A DNA stretch of 64,000 nucleotides from Octopus sinensis (Eukaryota): assembly GCF_006345805.1 (NCBI RefSeq), contig NC_042999.1, positions 15,438,001 through 15,502,000 of the forward strand, given 5' to 3'. A program made the position numbers and the translations under genes. A model generated the notes under the pieces. That model did no database searches. It saw nothing but the letters and a program-made list of their open reading frames with translations, and was not told the origin of the DNA. This document shows positions 14,067 through 27,669 of the stretch, one piece after another (within the stretch, counting starts at the first letter, position 1; every line of letters starts with the position of its first letter).

Positions 14067-14667
14067 TACATTACACACACACACATATCTGTGTATGTGT
14101 GCACGTGTGTGTGAGTAGAATGGTGAGAGAAACACTAGAACACCAGAGCATATAATTTCAGTTGATTGTTTTATATTTCTATGTTCTAGCTATAAATCTC
14201 CTCAAAGTCTGACTTGTTTTCAACATGCTTGGAGTTGTTAAAATATGTTGTAAAATACTAATTGACTATACTTTCTTACAAATTTGTTATTTTGTGTCCG
14301 CCAGAGAAATATTATAGTTGTTAAAAAAAAGAATTCAGTATATTAATAGTCAACACTATTATAATTACTAATATTACCACAAAGTAGTCAGTTGCACATA
14401 ACGATAATCAGCAAAACATATAATTATCAATGTTGAGATTTTAGTTTGTGAACATAGCTACAGATGTAACAGTAACGAACATAACTGACATGTAATTATT
14501 CAGATACCCATAAGATTATATTTTCTGTATGTTATAATGTTTTAGTTGAATATTGTCTTAGTGTGGGTTTAAATCATTCGGATTATAAGTGGCCAGCTAA
14601 ATAAGACACGGTATAGGATATTATAAAAGAAAGCTGAAGTATAAGGAGTGCTAGAGGTTGTAGGAAT

Positions 14668-15098
14668 ACTCTTTTACTCGTTTCAGTCATTTGACTGTGG
14701 CCATGCTGGAGCACCGCCTTTAGTTGAAGGAATCGACCTCAGGACTTATTCTTTGTAAGCCTAGTATTTATTCTACCGGTTTCTTTTGCTGAACCACTAA
14801 GTTACGGGGACATAAATACGCCAGCATCGGCTGTCAAGCAATGTTGAGGGACAAACAGACACATACACACATATGCATACATACATACATACATACATAC
14901 ATACAAACACACACACACATATATATATACGACAGGCTTCTTTCAGTTTCCGTCTACCAAATCCATTCACAAGGCTTTGGTTGGCCCAAGGCGGCTATAG
15001 TAGAAGACACCAGCCCAAGGTGTCATGCAGTGGGACTGAACCCAGAACCATGTGGTTGGTAAGCAAGCAACTTACCACACAGCCACTCTTGCACCTAT
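14668..15098 (-). mobile_element. SINE family A, full length
   Basis: Similarity to 7431-7831. Confidence 0.9.
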
Positions 15099-15199
15099 AG
15101 AGTAATGATTTGAGAATATAGATACAATAATAATATGGTTAACTATTAGAAAATTACAAGATATTGACTATAAATTAAGGCTGTAAAATCTGTTTAATC

Positions 15200-15630
15200 A
15201 TAGGTGCAGGTGTGGTTGTGTGGTAAATTTGCTTCCCAACCACATTGTCCAGGTTCAGTCCCACTGTGACACCTTGGGCAAGTGTCTTCTACTATAGCTT
15301 TGTGTTGACCAAAGCCTTGAGTGGATTTGGCAGATGGAAACTAAAAGAAGTCCCTCATATGTGTGTGTGTTTGTGTTTTTGTGCCCGTGTTTGTGCCTCA
15401 CCACTGCTTGACAACTATTATTGATGTGTTTATGTCTCTGTAACTTAGTGGTTCAGCAAAAGATCATCATCATCATCGTTTAACGTCCACTTTCCATGCT
15501 AGCATGGATACTGATAAAAAAATTCCAGGCTTTAAAAAATAAGTCCTAGGGTCAATTTATTCAGCTAAAATTCTTCAAGGCAGTGCCCCAGCATGGCCAC
15601 AATCTAATGACTGAAACAGGTGAAAGATAA
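15200..15630 (+). mobile_element. Old SINE family A containing a family-D tail fragment (15463-15508)
   Basis: Head, core and tail recognisable. Confidence 0.75.
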
Positions 15631-15737
15631 AATTAAAGTGCTTAACATGAAATGTTCCTTAAATAATCTACGTTTTTCATTGAAAATACTGAATATGTGT
15701 GTGTATATACATTTATATGTATGTGCTACACACACAC

Positions 15738-15778
<41 letters not shown>

Positions 15779-17843
15779 AACAATTAACTAACAACTGTTT
15801 TGAAATTTATACTCAAAGACTACAAAGAGTTAAAAGTGAACTTAAACTAAAACAGAAACATAATAAAAATCAAATAATGTTTTAACTATCGTAATAATGT
15901 GCAGAACATAACTTGTCATGAGGAACATAAATTGATGTCGATGAATTTGGTGAAACATTAATACAGGCATTATGATATACAATGCATAAATATAAGTGTG
16001 TTCTTTGTATGTATGTGTAGTCGTGTCATAGTGGAAGGCAAAAATGATTGGTGTTAAAGGAAAGGGATTTTTGCTAGTAAAAATATTAACTAACATAAAG
16101 CAAATGTTTAAAACTATAATTAATAATAAAATATTAAGTGTTTAGAATTTGAGAGAAACGTGAAAGTTGAACTAGGATTTTGAGGAATTAGAGCTTTGAA
16201 GAAAATGAATTTATATGAAGTCTAAATGTTATAACTGGAGGTTTAGTTTTAGTCAAACTTCAAGTAAGATTTTAAGTGGCAATGTAGGTACGTAATTGGA
16301 TAATCATAAAAGTTTCTGTGAACTGTAGGATTTAATAAACCCAATGTTTAATTTTGCTTTCAGTAATATTAAATAAATGAGATAATATCTAAAATGGATA
16401 ATAATGTTATACCATCACAGGAAATATTTCCAGAATATCTAGGGAAAATAAGGAACCCGTTATCTGATCATGTATAATAAATAACTGCCAAGAGGCACAA
16501 TACTTGAAGTGGATATGAACTTAAAATTGGTGATCTGGTTACCCAATATAATGCCATCGCAGTCATTTCACTTCTACATGAAAACTCCCATCCACATACA
16601 CAGGCATGTATGGAAACACACACACACATGCATATACACACACATACAACTTATAGTTTTCTGTTTTCTTAAGCTTTGAAACAAAGTCTTGCTTTATTCA
16701 AAAGAAAGAGGTTTGTAGTTTACTAATTAAATTTAGATTCAACATAGAGGGGAAAAAAAAAGCACTGATATAATTCAATCTGAGAAGTAATAGGGCTTTT
16801 ATGAAAAATCACACAATGCAACAATGTAGTACCAAAAGTAGAGCATTAGTCTTTGAAATATTGATAAGTTTAATCAATGATTGCAGCTGAGATTTCCCTT
16901 TGTGAGATAAAACTGTAGTATCCTAATAACACAGAGAAAAGCTACAGCATCAATCCTTAGGTTTTCTTTTAAATATTATAAACAGAACTGTAATTATTGT
17001 AAACAGATGAAATTGTGAATTTTCTTTTTAAATATTTAATTAGTTTACAGAATATTTTGAATGACAGCAAGAAAAAGCAAGTATGAAAGAATAAAGGAGG
17101 TGAATAAGGCGCTTAGGGAGAAGTGGAATAAAAGAGAGATTTCAAAACAAATATAAATAACAATGAACTGTGATATGTATGCCAAAACCTGATCCACATT
17201 CAGTAAGGTTAACCCCTAAGATTGTTTGTTAGAATTTCGTTTTGTTTACCTAATTATTTTCTAGTGTAATTTAGGTAAGAAGAGAACACGTAGTATCAAC
17301 TATAATTACATTCTAAAAATAAAATATTTCCATTGAGAACGTAGAGCACCCTACTATGTAAATTAATAATATATTATAAAGTGGACCCAGATGATGTCTC
17401 ATTATTCATCATCAACATACTTCAAATGTTTCCCTAATAGCAAAATGATCAATCCAGCTTTCTTTGTCTTCAATTATCAATACAGCATAGGTAGAACATC
17501 AACTATAATTGTCTTGTTCTTACTTAGTTTCCTCACTTATACTACCAAGGCTACACACGCACACACATTGAGAAAATGAGAATTCTATTCGCAGTTAATT
17601 TGTTTTCTAATCAATAATAAAAAACAAAAAGTTAACAACTAGAAATAATCAATAAAAATAAGCTGATTCCTAAATTTTAAGACATTGTATTAGCTGTAAT
17701 CTATGATCTATTCACATTAAGTATTCATCATGACAGCTTAAAAAGTAACAAAGAAAAGAGACTAAAATGTAAACAGCATTTATAAAATAGGTTGTGTAAT
17801 TTTCAAATTAAGAATTAAAAAGTGAAAAAAGATTGTTGCTTAC

Positions 17844-18116
17844 TGCTTTTCCAGCTTTGACAGCATATATTGATCTAAATTTATTCACAGTAATATCTCC
17901 TGCAACGCTTTTCTTTCCATTATCATTATAAAAGCTCTTGGACAAAATGAAATAACCTTCCACGGCTTCTTCCATTTCTTCTGTTGAGCAAGGCACTGCT
18001 TCCTGTGGCCGAGTGTCATCCCGTCCTGGTGGACTATTGTAGTAGTCGACATCCCACCAGTCTTCAGAAAGCCAAGCTGGTAGAAACCAAGCGTAGCCTT
18101 CGTATGATGTCATCCT
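17844..18116 (-). CDS. Internal coding exon 3: RMTSYEGYAWFLPAWLSEDWWDVDYYNSPPGRDDTRPQEAVPCSTEEMEEAVEGYFILSKSFYNDNGKKSVAGDITVNKFRSIYAVKAGKA
   Basis: Acceptor acttttcAG and donor GTAAGC. 273 nt, phase 0-0. Matches GABA-B-type 'YVWFL.GW...W.....C+.+EM.EAVEG'. The WFLPxWL / WWDxDYYN form resembles Venus kinase receptors (from memory). Confidence 0.93.
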
Positions 18117-18248
18117 CTGAAAAGTAACAGATGATTTCATAAGAACTGGGCTTCACATCTACATAGTAAGAAATAAAAGCAACAAACAGATAAATTAATA
18201 AACAAGATTTCTTTTTATGTATGAACTGAATACAATTGTACCAATTTT

Positions 18249-18660
18249 AGTAGGAGTGGCTGTGTGGTAAGTAGCTTGCTTACGAACCACATGGTTCCGG
18301 GTTCATCCCACTGTGTGACACCTTGGACAAGTGTCTTCTACTATAGCCTCATGCTGACCAAAGCTTTGTGAGTGGATTTGGTAGATGGAAACTGAAAGAA
18401 GCCTGTTGTATATATGTATATATATATATATGTGTATGTGTGTATATGTTTGTGTTGTCTGTATTTGTCCCCCCAACATCGCTTGACAACCGATGCTGGT
18501 GTGTTTACGTCCCCGTAACTTAGTGGATCGGCAAAAGAGACCGATAGAATAAGTAATAGGCTTACAAAGAATAAGTCTTGGGGTTGATTTGCTCGACTAA
18601 AGGCGGTGCCCCAGCTTGGTCACAGTCAAATGACTGAGACAAGTAAAAGAGTAAAAGAGT
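18249..18660 (+). mobile_element. SINE family A, ~130 bp from the exon-3 acceptor
   Basis: Similarity to 5341-5728. Confidence 0.9.
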
Positions 18661-18916
18661 ACACCATTTCAACATTTGTCCCTATGTATCAGTATAGACT
18701 GGGATACATTTACAATGCATCATTATATATGCTTTATTTCATCTCTTTTATCTCATACTTACAGCCTCAAATTGGAGCTTTAAAAAAATCCTTATTAGCA
18801 TTTTTAAAAATCCTATTTCCGCCTTAGAAATTACTTTGCATGCCAGTATACACTTTCATAAGCCTTATGTTTCTATGCTATCAATATTGTCTTATGAATA
18901 AATTGAGTAATACATT

Positions 18917-19324
18917 CAAGAGCACCATCCGAGCATGATCGTTGCCAGAGCAGCTAACTGGCTTCTGTGCTAATGGCATGTAAAAAGCACCATTCGAGAA
19001 TGATCGTTACCAGTGTCACCTTACTGGCACGTGAAAAAACATTTGAACGAGGTTGTTCCCAGTGCCGCTGGATTTGCTCCTGTGCAGTTGGCACATAAAA
19101 AGCTACATTTCAGTGTGGCCATTGCCAGTACCGCCTGACTGGCCCTCGTGCCGGTGGCATGTAAAAGCACCCACTACACTCTTGGAGTGGTTGGCATTAG
19201 GAAGAGCATCCAGCTGCCAGATCAAGATTGGTGCCTGGTGCAGCCATCTGGTTTGCCAGCCCTCAGTCAAATCGTCCAACCCATGCTAGCATGGAAAGAG
19301 GACGTTAAACGATGATGATGATGA
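18917..19324 (+). mobile_element. Family D retroposon in the intron between exons 2 and 3
   Basis: VNTR units plus conserved tail. Confidence 0.85.
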
Positions 19325-20479
19325 GGAGGATTCAAGCCCCAGTCCTCTCAACAATTCACTTGTATTTTAAATTCTAATCCATATTCAGCAACCTAGGTTA
19401 GATAATGGTACCAACAAGCACAAAAAGAAAACTTTTTCATCTTAGAAGAACAATTATGTTATCGTTTGATTACAAGAATTGAAAATTATTAGTTAGTTTA
19501 TTCTTTTAACAGGCAATGTAGAGATATTTCTAGACTAACATATTGTGTGAAGTAGTTTTGTGAAATTAGAATGGATGTAACACATGCAATAGCAAACGAA
19601 AAATGCCAGCATGGCATTACTAATCTAAGTGACATGATACCAAAAAATGGATTATATACACAATGCAGTCTATACAAAATATTGTAAAGATGACATTTTT
19701 AAACAAACTCAAAATGTATATACATCGATACCTTTGACAAAAAGGAATATTTATGAGATGCATAAGTTAAAATGCTGATTAATGCAAATATAACATTCAA
19801 AGCATTGTTCACAGGGTCAAAGAACAAAGGAGCTTCACTGCTTTTGAGTTAAATTGTCTAGTTATTGGGAAGAATATGTTAAATATTAGAACAAAAGGGA
19901 CTAACCATAGTCACAAAATGTAGAATATCGATAATTTTAATTAAAATTTTATCACAAACCTATAGTCATTCGTGTACTTTATTATATAAGCTACTCACAA
20001 TAAAATGCCTACAAACTCATCTCAAGAAACAATGGTTCTCAGAAGAAGAACGCAAATAGCTGAAACAGATTATCCAAATTCAATTTATTACATTCCACGA
20101 AAGTTCTGCATATAACTGAATTTATTGCTGTCTAAATAGCAACAGAAGATTATTATCTTTAAATTAGAGATTGTTTCTAAATTTATCACCAACCTTTTCT
20201 AGGATTTATTTGATATAAAAAATGAAAAGCTAATTTATTAAATTCATAGAGAACAGAATTTTATATTTTCTTCTTGTTTGTTTATACTTAAACTTTGTCA
20301 ACTGCACTTTGATGTCAAGCTCATAAATGTTGTTAGTTAAGTTTTAAATAAATATATTCATCAAATGATTAAATAAAAAAGAGCTTCTGTAAACACGTAA
20401 CAATGTGATCTATGAATAGCATTGAGATGATATATACCTAAGGAATATTTTGAAATAAATTCAAAAATTTAACAAATAC

Positions 20480-20575
20480 CTGTCGATATGCTTCACACAT
20501 AACTAAGCGAGCTGCATAGTCAAAGAAATCTCCAATGATGATATGAATTTTATTTCTTCGCAAGTCAGCAAATAT
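20480..20575 (-). CDS. Internal coding exon 2 of the same receptor: IFADLRRNKIHIIIGDFFDYAARLVMCEAYRQ (missed by the ORF track)
   Basis: Acceptor atttcAG and donor GTATTT. 96 nt, phase 0-0. Matches the VFT motif 'L....ARIIVG.FY...AR.V.CE.Y' and joins the two flanking exons in frame. Confidence 0.93.
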
Positions 20576-23500
20576 CTGAAATTTAAGTGGACAATATTCT
20601 GTTAGGAAACAAAGCTCAACACGTGTCTAGAATTTGACACTAATGTACATTTATAAAAATAATATTTAATGAAAACAAAATATTATCATAATCTTAGATT
20701 GAAATAAGATATTTGAAAATTGTATAAAAGTTCATTTTGATGGTTAAATGAAATATATTGACCAAGTGAATTTCTAACATTAAATCAGACCTCAAATATG
20801 AATAAGAAGAGACTATTTAAGGTTTACTTAAGTTATTAATTTAATCCCCATGATTGTTAGGAAAGTTTGTAAGTAGGTTTCAAAAAATATAAAATCTTTC
20901 CAACGTTTAGAATAACAATATTAATAGGAAAAAGAAAAATATATTTCAGATTTCAAATCAATAATTTTTTTTTTCACCAGTGACCTTGATAGACTTCAGC
21001 TTGTGAATGATATGTAAATATTTGTCCAGGATAGGATCAATAATTTTTATTTACTCAGAATAAAAATATCATAGATAAAAATGTAAAACTGGAACAATTG
21101 ATAATAAAATATATCTTAAGATATATTTCTTACTGAGAGAAGTAAACAGAACAGCAACACATACACACATATGTATATATAGTCTGACAGTAAACAAAAT
21201 ATATACACATATACACAAATGTACTTTCATATATTTCACTGTATCCATAGTAGGATTGACGATAGGATTATGGTTGAGTAGTGCAGTTCACCAAGTGGAT
21301 GCCAGTCTATGATTACGTACATAGAGAAACTAGTGCAGAGAAAGGAACCACAAAGACAAATATACATCCAATAGCATTGAAAGAAATCTTATTTGAAGCA
21401 CTTCAATTTCCAGGAAATCTTATTTGATGCACTGCATTATCCACAACCAGTACAGAATTGCAAACAAAATTTAAATCAAACTCTATAAGAAAATACATAT
21501 ATCTTCAACCATAAAGCCACCTACTTTCATATAAAACATTGGTTCCTTCAAGCTATTGAACATCACTGAAGGTCATCATTGGGTAATGTCTGTCTTAGTT
21601 ACTATGGAAATCCATCAGAAACCTGTCAATTCTTCAAGTGATAGATTGAACAGACCATTATTGGAGATCTTCATTGGCTAATATCATCGACAAGAAATCT
21701 ATTTTGTAATTCAAAATTGAATACTAAATGCATTATACTTATCCCGTTGCGCTAGGAATCTTTAAAATTTATATTTGAATATGTGCTAATTGGCATCTAG
21801 ATGAATATCTACTTGTGAAGAATTCTCCTCAGTTCAGTGAGAAATTAAACCTAAAATTGCTTCCTTATCTTTTATATATAATTATGGCAATGGATAAAAA
21901 TCAAAGAAAAATTAATACAGAAGCTGATAATCATAAATGAATGTAATAATGAATGATGATAATGATATCGATAACATTGCAATAAACTATATAAATGATA
22001 TACATTATGGGGAAAAAGCTTGAAATGAACTGAATGTACAAGAGGTTTCCACTATTTTTATATTACAGGCTTTCTAGATATTAAAGACATGATCTCTCAT
22101 GTTCCCCTCTTCAAAACCAAGATGAAATAGTTTTGAGGGGGAAAAAAACTCTCTATTACTTTTATAGGTATATTGATTTAGTGACTTGTCTATGAAGATA
22201 ACTTGAAGCTTCTATCAGTTAAGAGAGAGCATTAAGAGCAGTTGCAGTAAATGCTTTCTGTCAACCTGTCAGGAATAAACTACATTTCATGTATATTTAC
22301 AGATAATATCGCTTACAAAGCACTATATAATGCAAGGTACAATACATTTTTACCTTGAAAACAAGGCCACATTTGAATGGCTAGAATATAAAATCTAACG
22401 TTTGCTATGCTCTCATAATACTTTTAGTTCCAAGTTTTAAATTTTCTTTTAGCTTTTCCAAGGGTTTTAGATTGTGAATTAAGCATTTTATTTAAAAGAA
22501 ATATAGTGTGTTATAAAGGTTAAATAATGGAATTCAGAACAAAGAAACCAAAAAAAAAAAAACAAATTTAGTAAGAGTTGATAGCTGAAATTTGAATTTT
22601 TTTTTAATATTTCTTTATTTATACTGAGTTGTAGTGAAGTGTAGCTAAAATTTAAGATCATTGATTGCAATTAGGCTTCTTTTAGATACTACAATTAGCA
22701 CTAAACTCTAACAATCATAATAACGAACAAAAGAGCTTATGGCTTCATCCCATAATGCAAAATGGGGAGAAAAAAATGCAAAGAAACAAAACAACTTTTA
22801 AACATCAAATGAAGAACTGAAAGATGTAAAGATTTCAAGTATCAATCTAATTATCAATAGTCTTAGATTAAATGTTAATGAATCTGGATTTTTGCTATTT
22901 CATTAAGCAAGTTATTAATCCATAGTTAACTGCTTGAACTCCTGTCATAAACTAATACTGCATCTGCTTTAAAGATCTTCCACAGTATCACAAATTCCTT
23001 TTCCATTTCAATCTACAACAGCTTAATAGTTCCACTATCTTGCTAGTAACATACCAAGCCAGTTAAATACACAACCCAACCATGTTATGTATTTCTTCTT
23101 AAAAATATATCTCGAAAACATTCTTTCAAATAAGATTTTTTCCTAATGTAATTTTATGGAGCATACATACTTTAAGTTGATCATAAAGAAAAGATAATCT
23201 GGAAAAATATGTTAAAATGTATTTCGTATATATAGAAATACTAAAATGTCCTCTGTAGATCAGCTAGATAAAAATCTTTCAGCAACAGTATAAAAACCCA
23301 TTTTTAACCATATCTTATGAATTTTTTTAAAAGGTCTATATTGGGAATGTTTTGTAGTAAGATCAATTTTTATTACATAAACATAAAATCCCTTTCTTTG
23401 GAGGTGCATACAAAATATTATTTTAGCGATACTTTACAAAGTATACTTTGGTAAGGTGATCAAATCACACTCTCTTTGAATGTGTTTCAACACACATACA

Positions 23501-23582
23501 TATGTGTGTGTGTGTGAAGTGTGTGTTGGAAAATGCTAAAGCAAATGTGGTAAACATATTCATGGAGCAGTGCTCAGTTAAA

Positions 23583-23883
23583 TCATCATCATCATCATCG
23601 TTTAGCATCCGCTTTCCATGTGTTAGATGGTTCAACTGGGGTCTGGGAAGCCAGAAGGCTGCACCAGGCCCAGTCTGATCTGGCAATGTTTCTATGGCTG
23701 GATGCCCCTCCTAACGCCAACCACTCCGTGAATGTAGTGGGTGCTTTTTACGTGCCGCCGGCACAGGTGCCAGACGAGGCTGGCAAACGGCCACGATTGG
23801 ATGGTGCTCTTTACGTGCCATGAGCACGGAGGCCAGGCAAGGCTGGCAACGGCCACGATCGGATGGTGCTTTTTACGTGCCAC
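23583..23883 (-). mobile_element. Family D retroposon
   Basis: (CAT)n tail at left, then VNTR units. Confidence 0.85.
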
Positions 23884-24357
23884 AAAGCTTTCATTCAGGG
23901 CAGTTGGCTATGGTGTAGAAAGTTAGCAATAAGAATGCTCCTCCTCCTGTTTAGACTAAGATAACTTTGACTCATGGATAACTATTTGTTATTCCAAATA
24001 TGATATAATGAGTCTTTATATTATGTAACAGTATAATAGACGTGGTTATGACTGTGACATGGTTCACCTAATATATATATGTGCATATTTTATACTATTA
24101 GGTTTTACCATTGGGTACCCTATCATTTTAATATATATTTATATTCGATTTTTTGATAATTTGGGACTGATTTAAAGTTGTTTTGATCAATTGGAGTCTT
24201 TACTCATTATGCCTTTCAATTTATTTTTCCTTTCGCCTCAGTGTCACCTGAGCACTTCCAACTGCAGTCCTATTTTTATTTTTGCTCTTCAGTTAAACAA
24301 AATTGCTTTTCAGTTTAACGAAGTTATAAAAATTATCCTCTTATATATATATATATT

Positions 24358-24897
24358 TATATTTATCAAAAGAAAAACAGGATGCAAAGGATTTTGCGGT
24401 AGATATGTTTCTGGCTTTATTGAACAATTTATATCAATGCATAATTGATATAACATGTAGGTCAACAGCCTTCTTCAGCCATGTACAATTACCACACCAA
24501 AGACATATATTACATTATAGCAGGTTTGAGAAAAAGTTTGGGAAAAAAACGAGTTTCATTGGAAAGGTAAATCCTCATAGTCGTATATACTGTTTTTTCA
24601 CTCGATAAAGAATGATTCTTTATCGAGTGAAAAAACTGTATGGACGTTTTGTTTTGGTGTCTCACTATGCCATATACGATTATGAGGATTTACCTTCCCA
24701 ATGAAACTCGTTTTTTTCCCAAACTTTTTCTCAAACCTGCTATAATATATGTCTTTGGTGTGGTAATTGTACGCAGCTGAAGAAGGCTGTTGACATACAT
24801 ATTACATCAATTATGCATTGATATAAATTGTTCAATAAAGCCAGAAACATATGTACTGCAAAATCCTTTGCATCCTGTTTTTCTTTTGATAAATATA
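24358..24897. mobile_element. 540-bp near-perfect palindrome (foldback MITE)
   Basis: Arms are reverse complements around G24614, with a 32-nt insertion in the right arm. TA at both termini. Confidence 0.9.
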
Positions 24898-25517
24898 TCC
24901 TATCACCTACACCACTAGCTGGCATATACAGATGCTTACAGTTATCAAGTATTCACCCTGAATTTTTTGTACCTAACTCACTATGTATATATATATTTAT
25001 AATAATAAGGGTTTTTTGCAACAAGTTGCTTAAACCACATACCGAAAATATTAGAAATAGCAGTCAAAGGGCTACTATTACTATTACTACAAAAATAAGT
25101 CTGCACAAACAACAGTATTTGTAACTCATATATGGTAAAAGAAGAAAGGAAAACAACGAAACCACACAGTCTACTGGATTAATTATGGACGATCGTTTCT
25201 GGATTAGAATCGTAAAGTTCATTTCCTTATCAACATAATATTTTCCATAAATCTAGAAATGCTAGGAAAAACTTACCTTTTATATATTCGATCAAGCGAC
25301 ATTGAAAGATATAAAAGTCCACTAGCATATCCACATTTATATAGACAAGCGAATTCGTATCTCCCTCCAAAATCTCACCATGTGAGTCACAAAAACAGCA
25401 CTGCCCAAACGAAGTTTCGCAGTTTTATTGTAGGGGAGTAAAAGTATTCAATACAGATAAAGGGTGAAATATAATTAATTTAATAAAATCAATAAATTTC
25501 ACATCATCATCATCATC

Positions 25518-25942
25518 AAGAAGAAAAGAAAAGAAGATGGAAATAAGGAAGTTAATAATTGTTTATTATTAACAAATTGGTCATCTTTGCTTCTGACAGC
25601 TGTTTCAATTAATTCTCGATAATTTAATAACAAATTTGTGCATTAAATTTACATTTATGTGACATGAGTATAATTTCACCAGAGGCAAAACGATGTAACT
25701 TTGTATGTTATAGGTGGGCTTATCAGTTCATTGCAGCAATGTCTGCATATAACATCGAAAGGTACATCTTTTTGTCTCTGATGAAATTATACTCATGTGA
25801 CATAAATGTAAATTTAATGTACAAATTTGTAATTAAATTATTGAGTATTTATTGAAACAGCTGTAAGAAGCAAAGATGACCAATTTGTTAATAATAAACA
25901 ATTACTAACGTCTTTATCACCATATTCTTTTCTTTTCTTCTT
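25518..25942. mobile_element. 425-bp imperfect palindrome (foldback element)
   Basis: Arms of ~185 bp (25518-25702 vs 25758-25942), with further pairing (ATGTTATA/TATAACAT) inside the spacer. Confidence 0.85.
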
Positions 25943-26073
25943 TTAAATGGTTATAAACTATATCCTTTATATATACCTATTGTTTTAAGGGAATTTCATT
26001 CCCTCAAAATACTAGGTATTGAACCAGTATTTCCTTGGATGCAACCATCCCTTCACAAGGTTAGCATATCCTC

Positions 26074-26125
<52 letters not shown>

Positions 26126-26308
26126 GTTATGCTAAGAAGTGGTGTACAGTACCAGATCTAGTAAACTATTCCAAATCATTGTTGGAGTGTCAGCATAAAT
26201 GGAGTCAAGCCCAGTTAGTTTGTACTGTCAACTGGGTTGTATTAAATGTAATAATGATATCTTAAAATCATTTAATACATATGTTTTGGGCTTGTTATAT
26301 ATATATAT

Positions 26309-26396
26309 ATAATAGGAAATGCATTCCATTACATAAGTCTTCCTTTAAAATGCTTTAACTGAGGAAGCTTTATGTAATGGATGCATTTCCTATTAT
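26309..26396. repeat. 88-bp hairpin (mini-MITE or pre-miRNA-like)
   Basis: ATAATAGGAAATGCATTCCATTACATAAGTCTTCCT / AGGAAGCTTTATGTAATGGATGCATTTCCTATTAT, ~17-nt loop. Confidence 0.8.
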
Positions 26397-26464
26397 ATTT
26401 GATGCAAACCTGATATGAACATATTAAATAATATCAAAATATCACCATTTGGTTTGATTTCATC

Positions 26465-27167
26465 GAATATTTAGCAAAATATACATCATGTATTTCATCA
26501 TCATATTTTGAACACTCCCACTATCATTACCCTCATTGGGATGAAAAATATTTTTTCTTTTTTTATCAAACATACATGATAACTTAAGTAATTTTATTAT
26601 AGAAGAATAAAATCTTTCTTTTAATATCACAAACAGTGGACCACAAATTAAAGCTCTTAAGTAGAAGTATTGACTGAAATCTTGAAAAACATCATCCAAA
26701 GCAAAATGTCTTATTCTACAAGTCATTATCAGTAATTATATTTCAAACATAGATCAACGATTATATTAATACGACTGAAATGTTAAGCACCTATCAAGAA
26801 ATAATTTCGAAAATAATATGAAATCACCATCATCATCATCATTTAGCTTCCGTTTTCCATGCTAGCATGGGTTGGACGGTTCGATCGGGGTCTGGGAAGC
26901 CAGGAGGCTGCACCAGGCTCCAGTCTGATTTGGCAGTGTTTCTACAGCTGGATGCCCTTCCTAACGCCAACCACTCTGCGAGTGTAGTGGGTGCTTTCTA
27001 TGTGCCACCGGCACAGGTGCCAGGGGAGTCTGGCATCGGCCACGATCGGTTGGTGCTTTTAACATGCCACCGGCACGGAAGCCAGCCAAGGTGGCGCTAG
27101 CATCGGCCACGTTCAGATGGTGCTTTTTATGTGCCACCGGCACAGAAGCCAGTCGAGACGGCGCTTT

Positions 27168-27212
<45 letters not shown>

Positions 27213-27616
27213 CAGGGATTGTGTTTAGTATATATTCCAAAACATGAATATTTAGCAAAATACACATCATGCATTTCATCATCACATTTTGAACACTCCC
27301 ACTATATTGCTATCATTATCCTAATTGGGATGAAAAATATTTTTTCTTTACTTATCAAACGTGCATGATAACCTAAGTAATTTTATTATAGAAGAATAAA
27401 ATATTTCTTTTAATATTACAAACAGTGGGCCACAAATTAAAGCTCTTATGTAGAAGTATTGATGGAAATCTTGAAAAACATCATTCAAAGCAAAATGTCT
27501 TATTCTACAAGTCATTATCAGTAATTATATTTCAAACATAGATCATTGATTATATTAATACGACTGAAATGTTAAGCACCTATCAAGAAATAATTTCGAA
27601 AATAATATGAAATCAC
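26465..27616 (+). repeat. ~365-bp direct duplication (26465-26827 and 27246-27616) bracketing a SINE
   Basis: Two collinear copies, roughly 90% identical by eye. Confidence 0.9.
26828..27166 (-). mobile_element. Family D retroposon between the duplicated 365-bp blocks
   Basis: (CAT)n tail at 26828. Confidence 0.85.
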
Positions 27617-27669
27617 TTAATATAAATAAGTATACCAGATGAAAATTGACGACATTTCAATATTGTTTA

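Noticed and set aside
1-17843. Next downstream receptor exon (expected YDAVW-like motif); candidate ORFs 7039-7305 and 13246-13485
   Set aside because: No such motif was found by eye and the ORFs have no family resemblance. The exon probably lies beyond the window, though a divergent one could have been missed.
18117-18165. Upstream AG followed by TGT GAA GCC (CEA) as an alternative start of exon 3
   Set aside because: That frame hits TGA within four codons, and the true CEAY motif is in exon 20480-20575.
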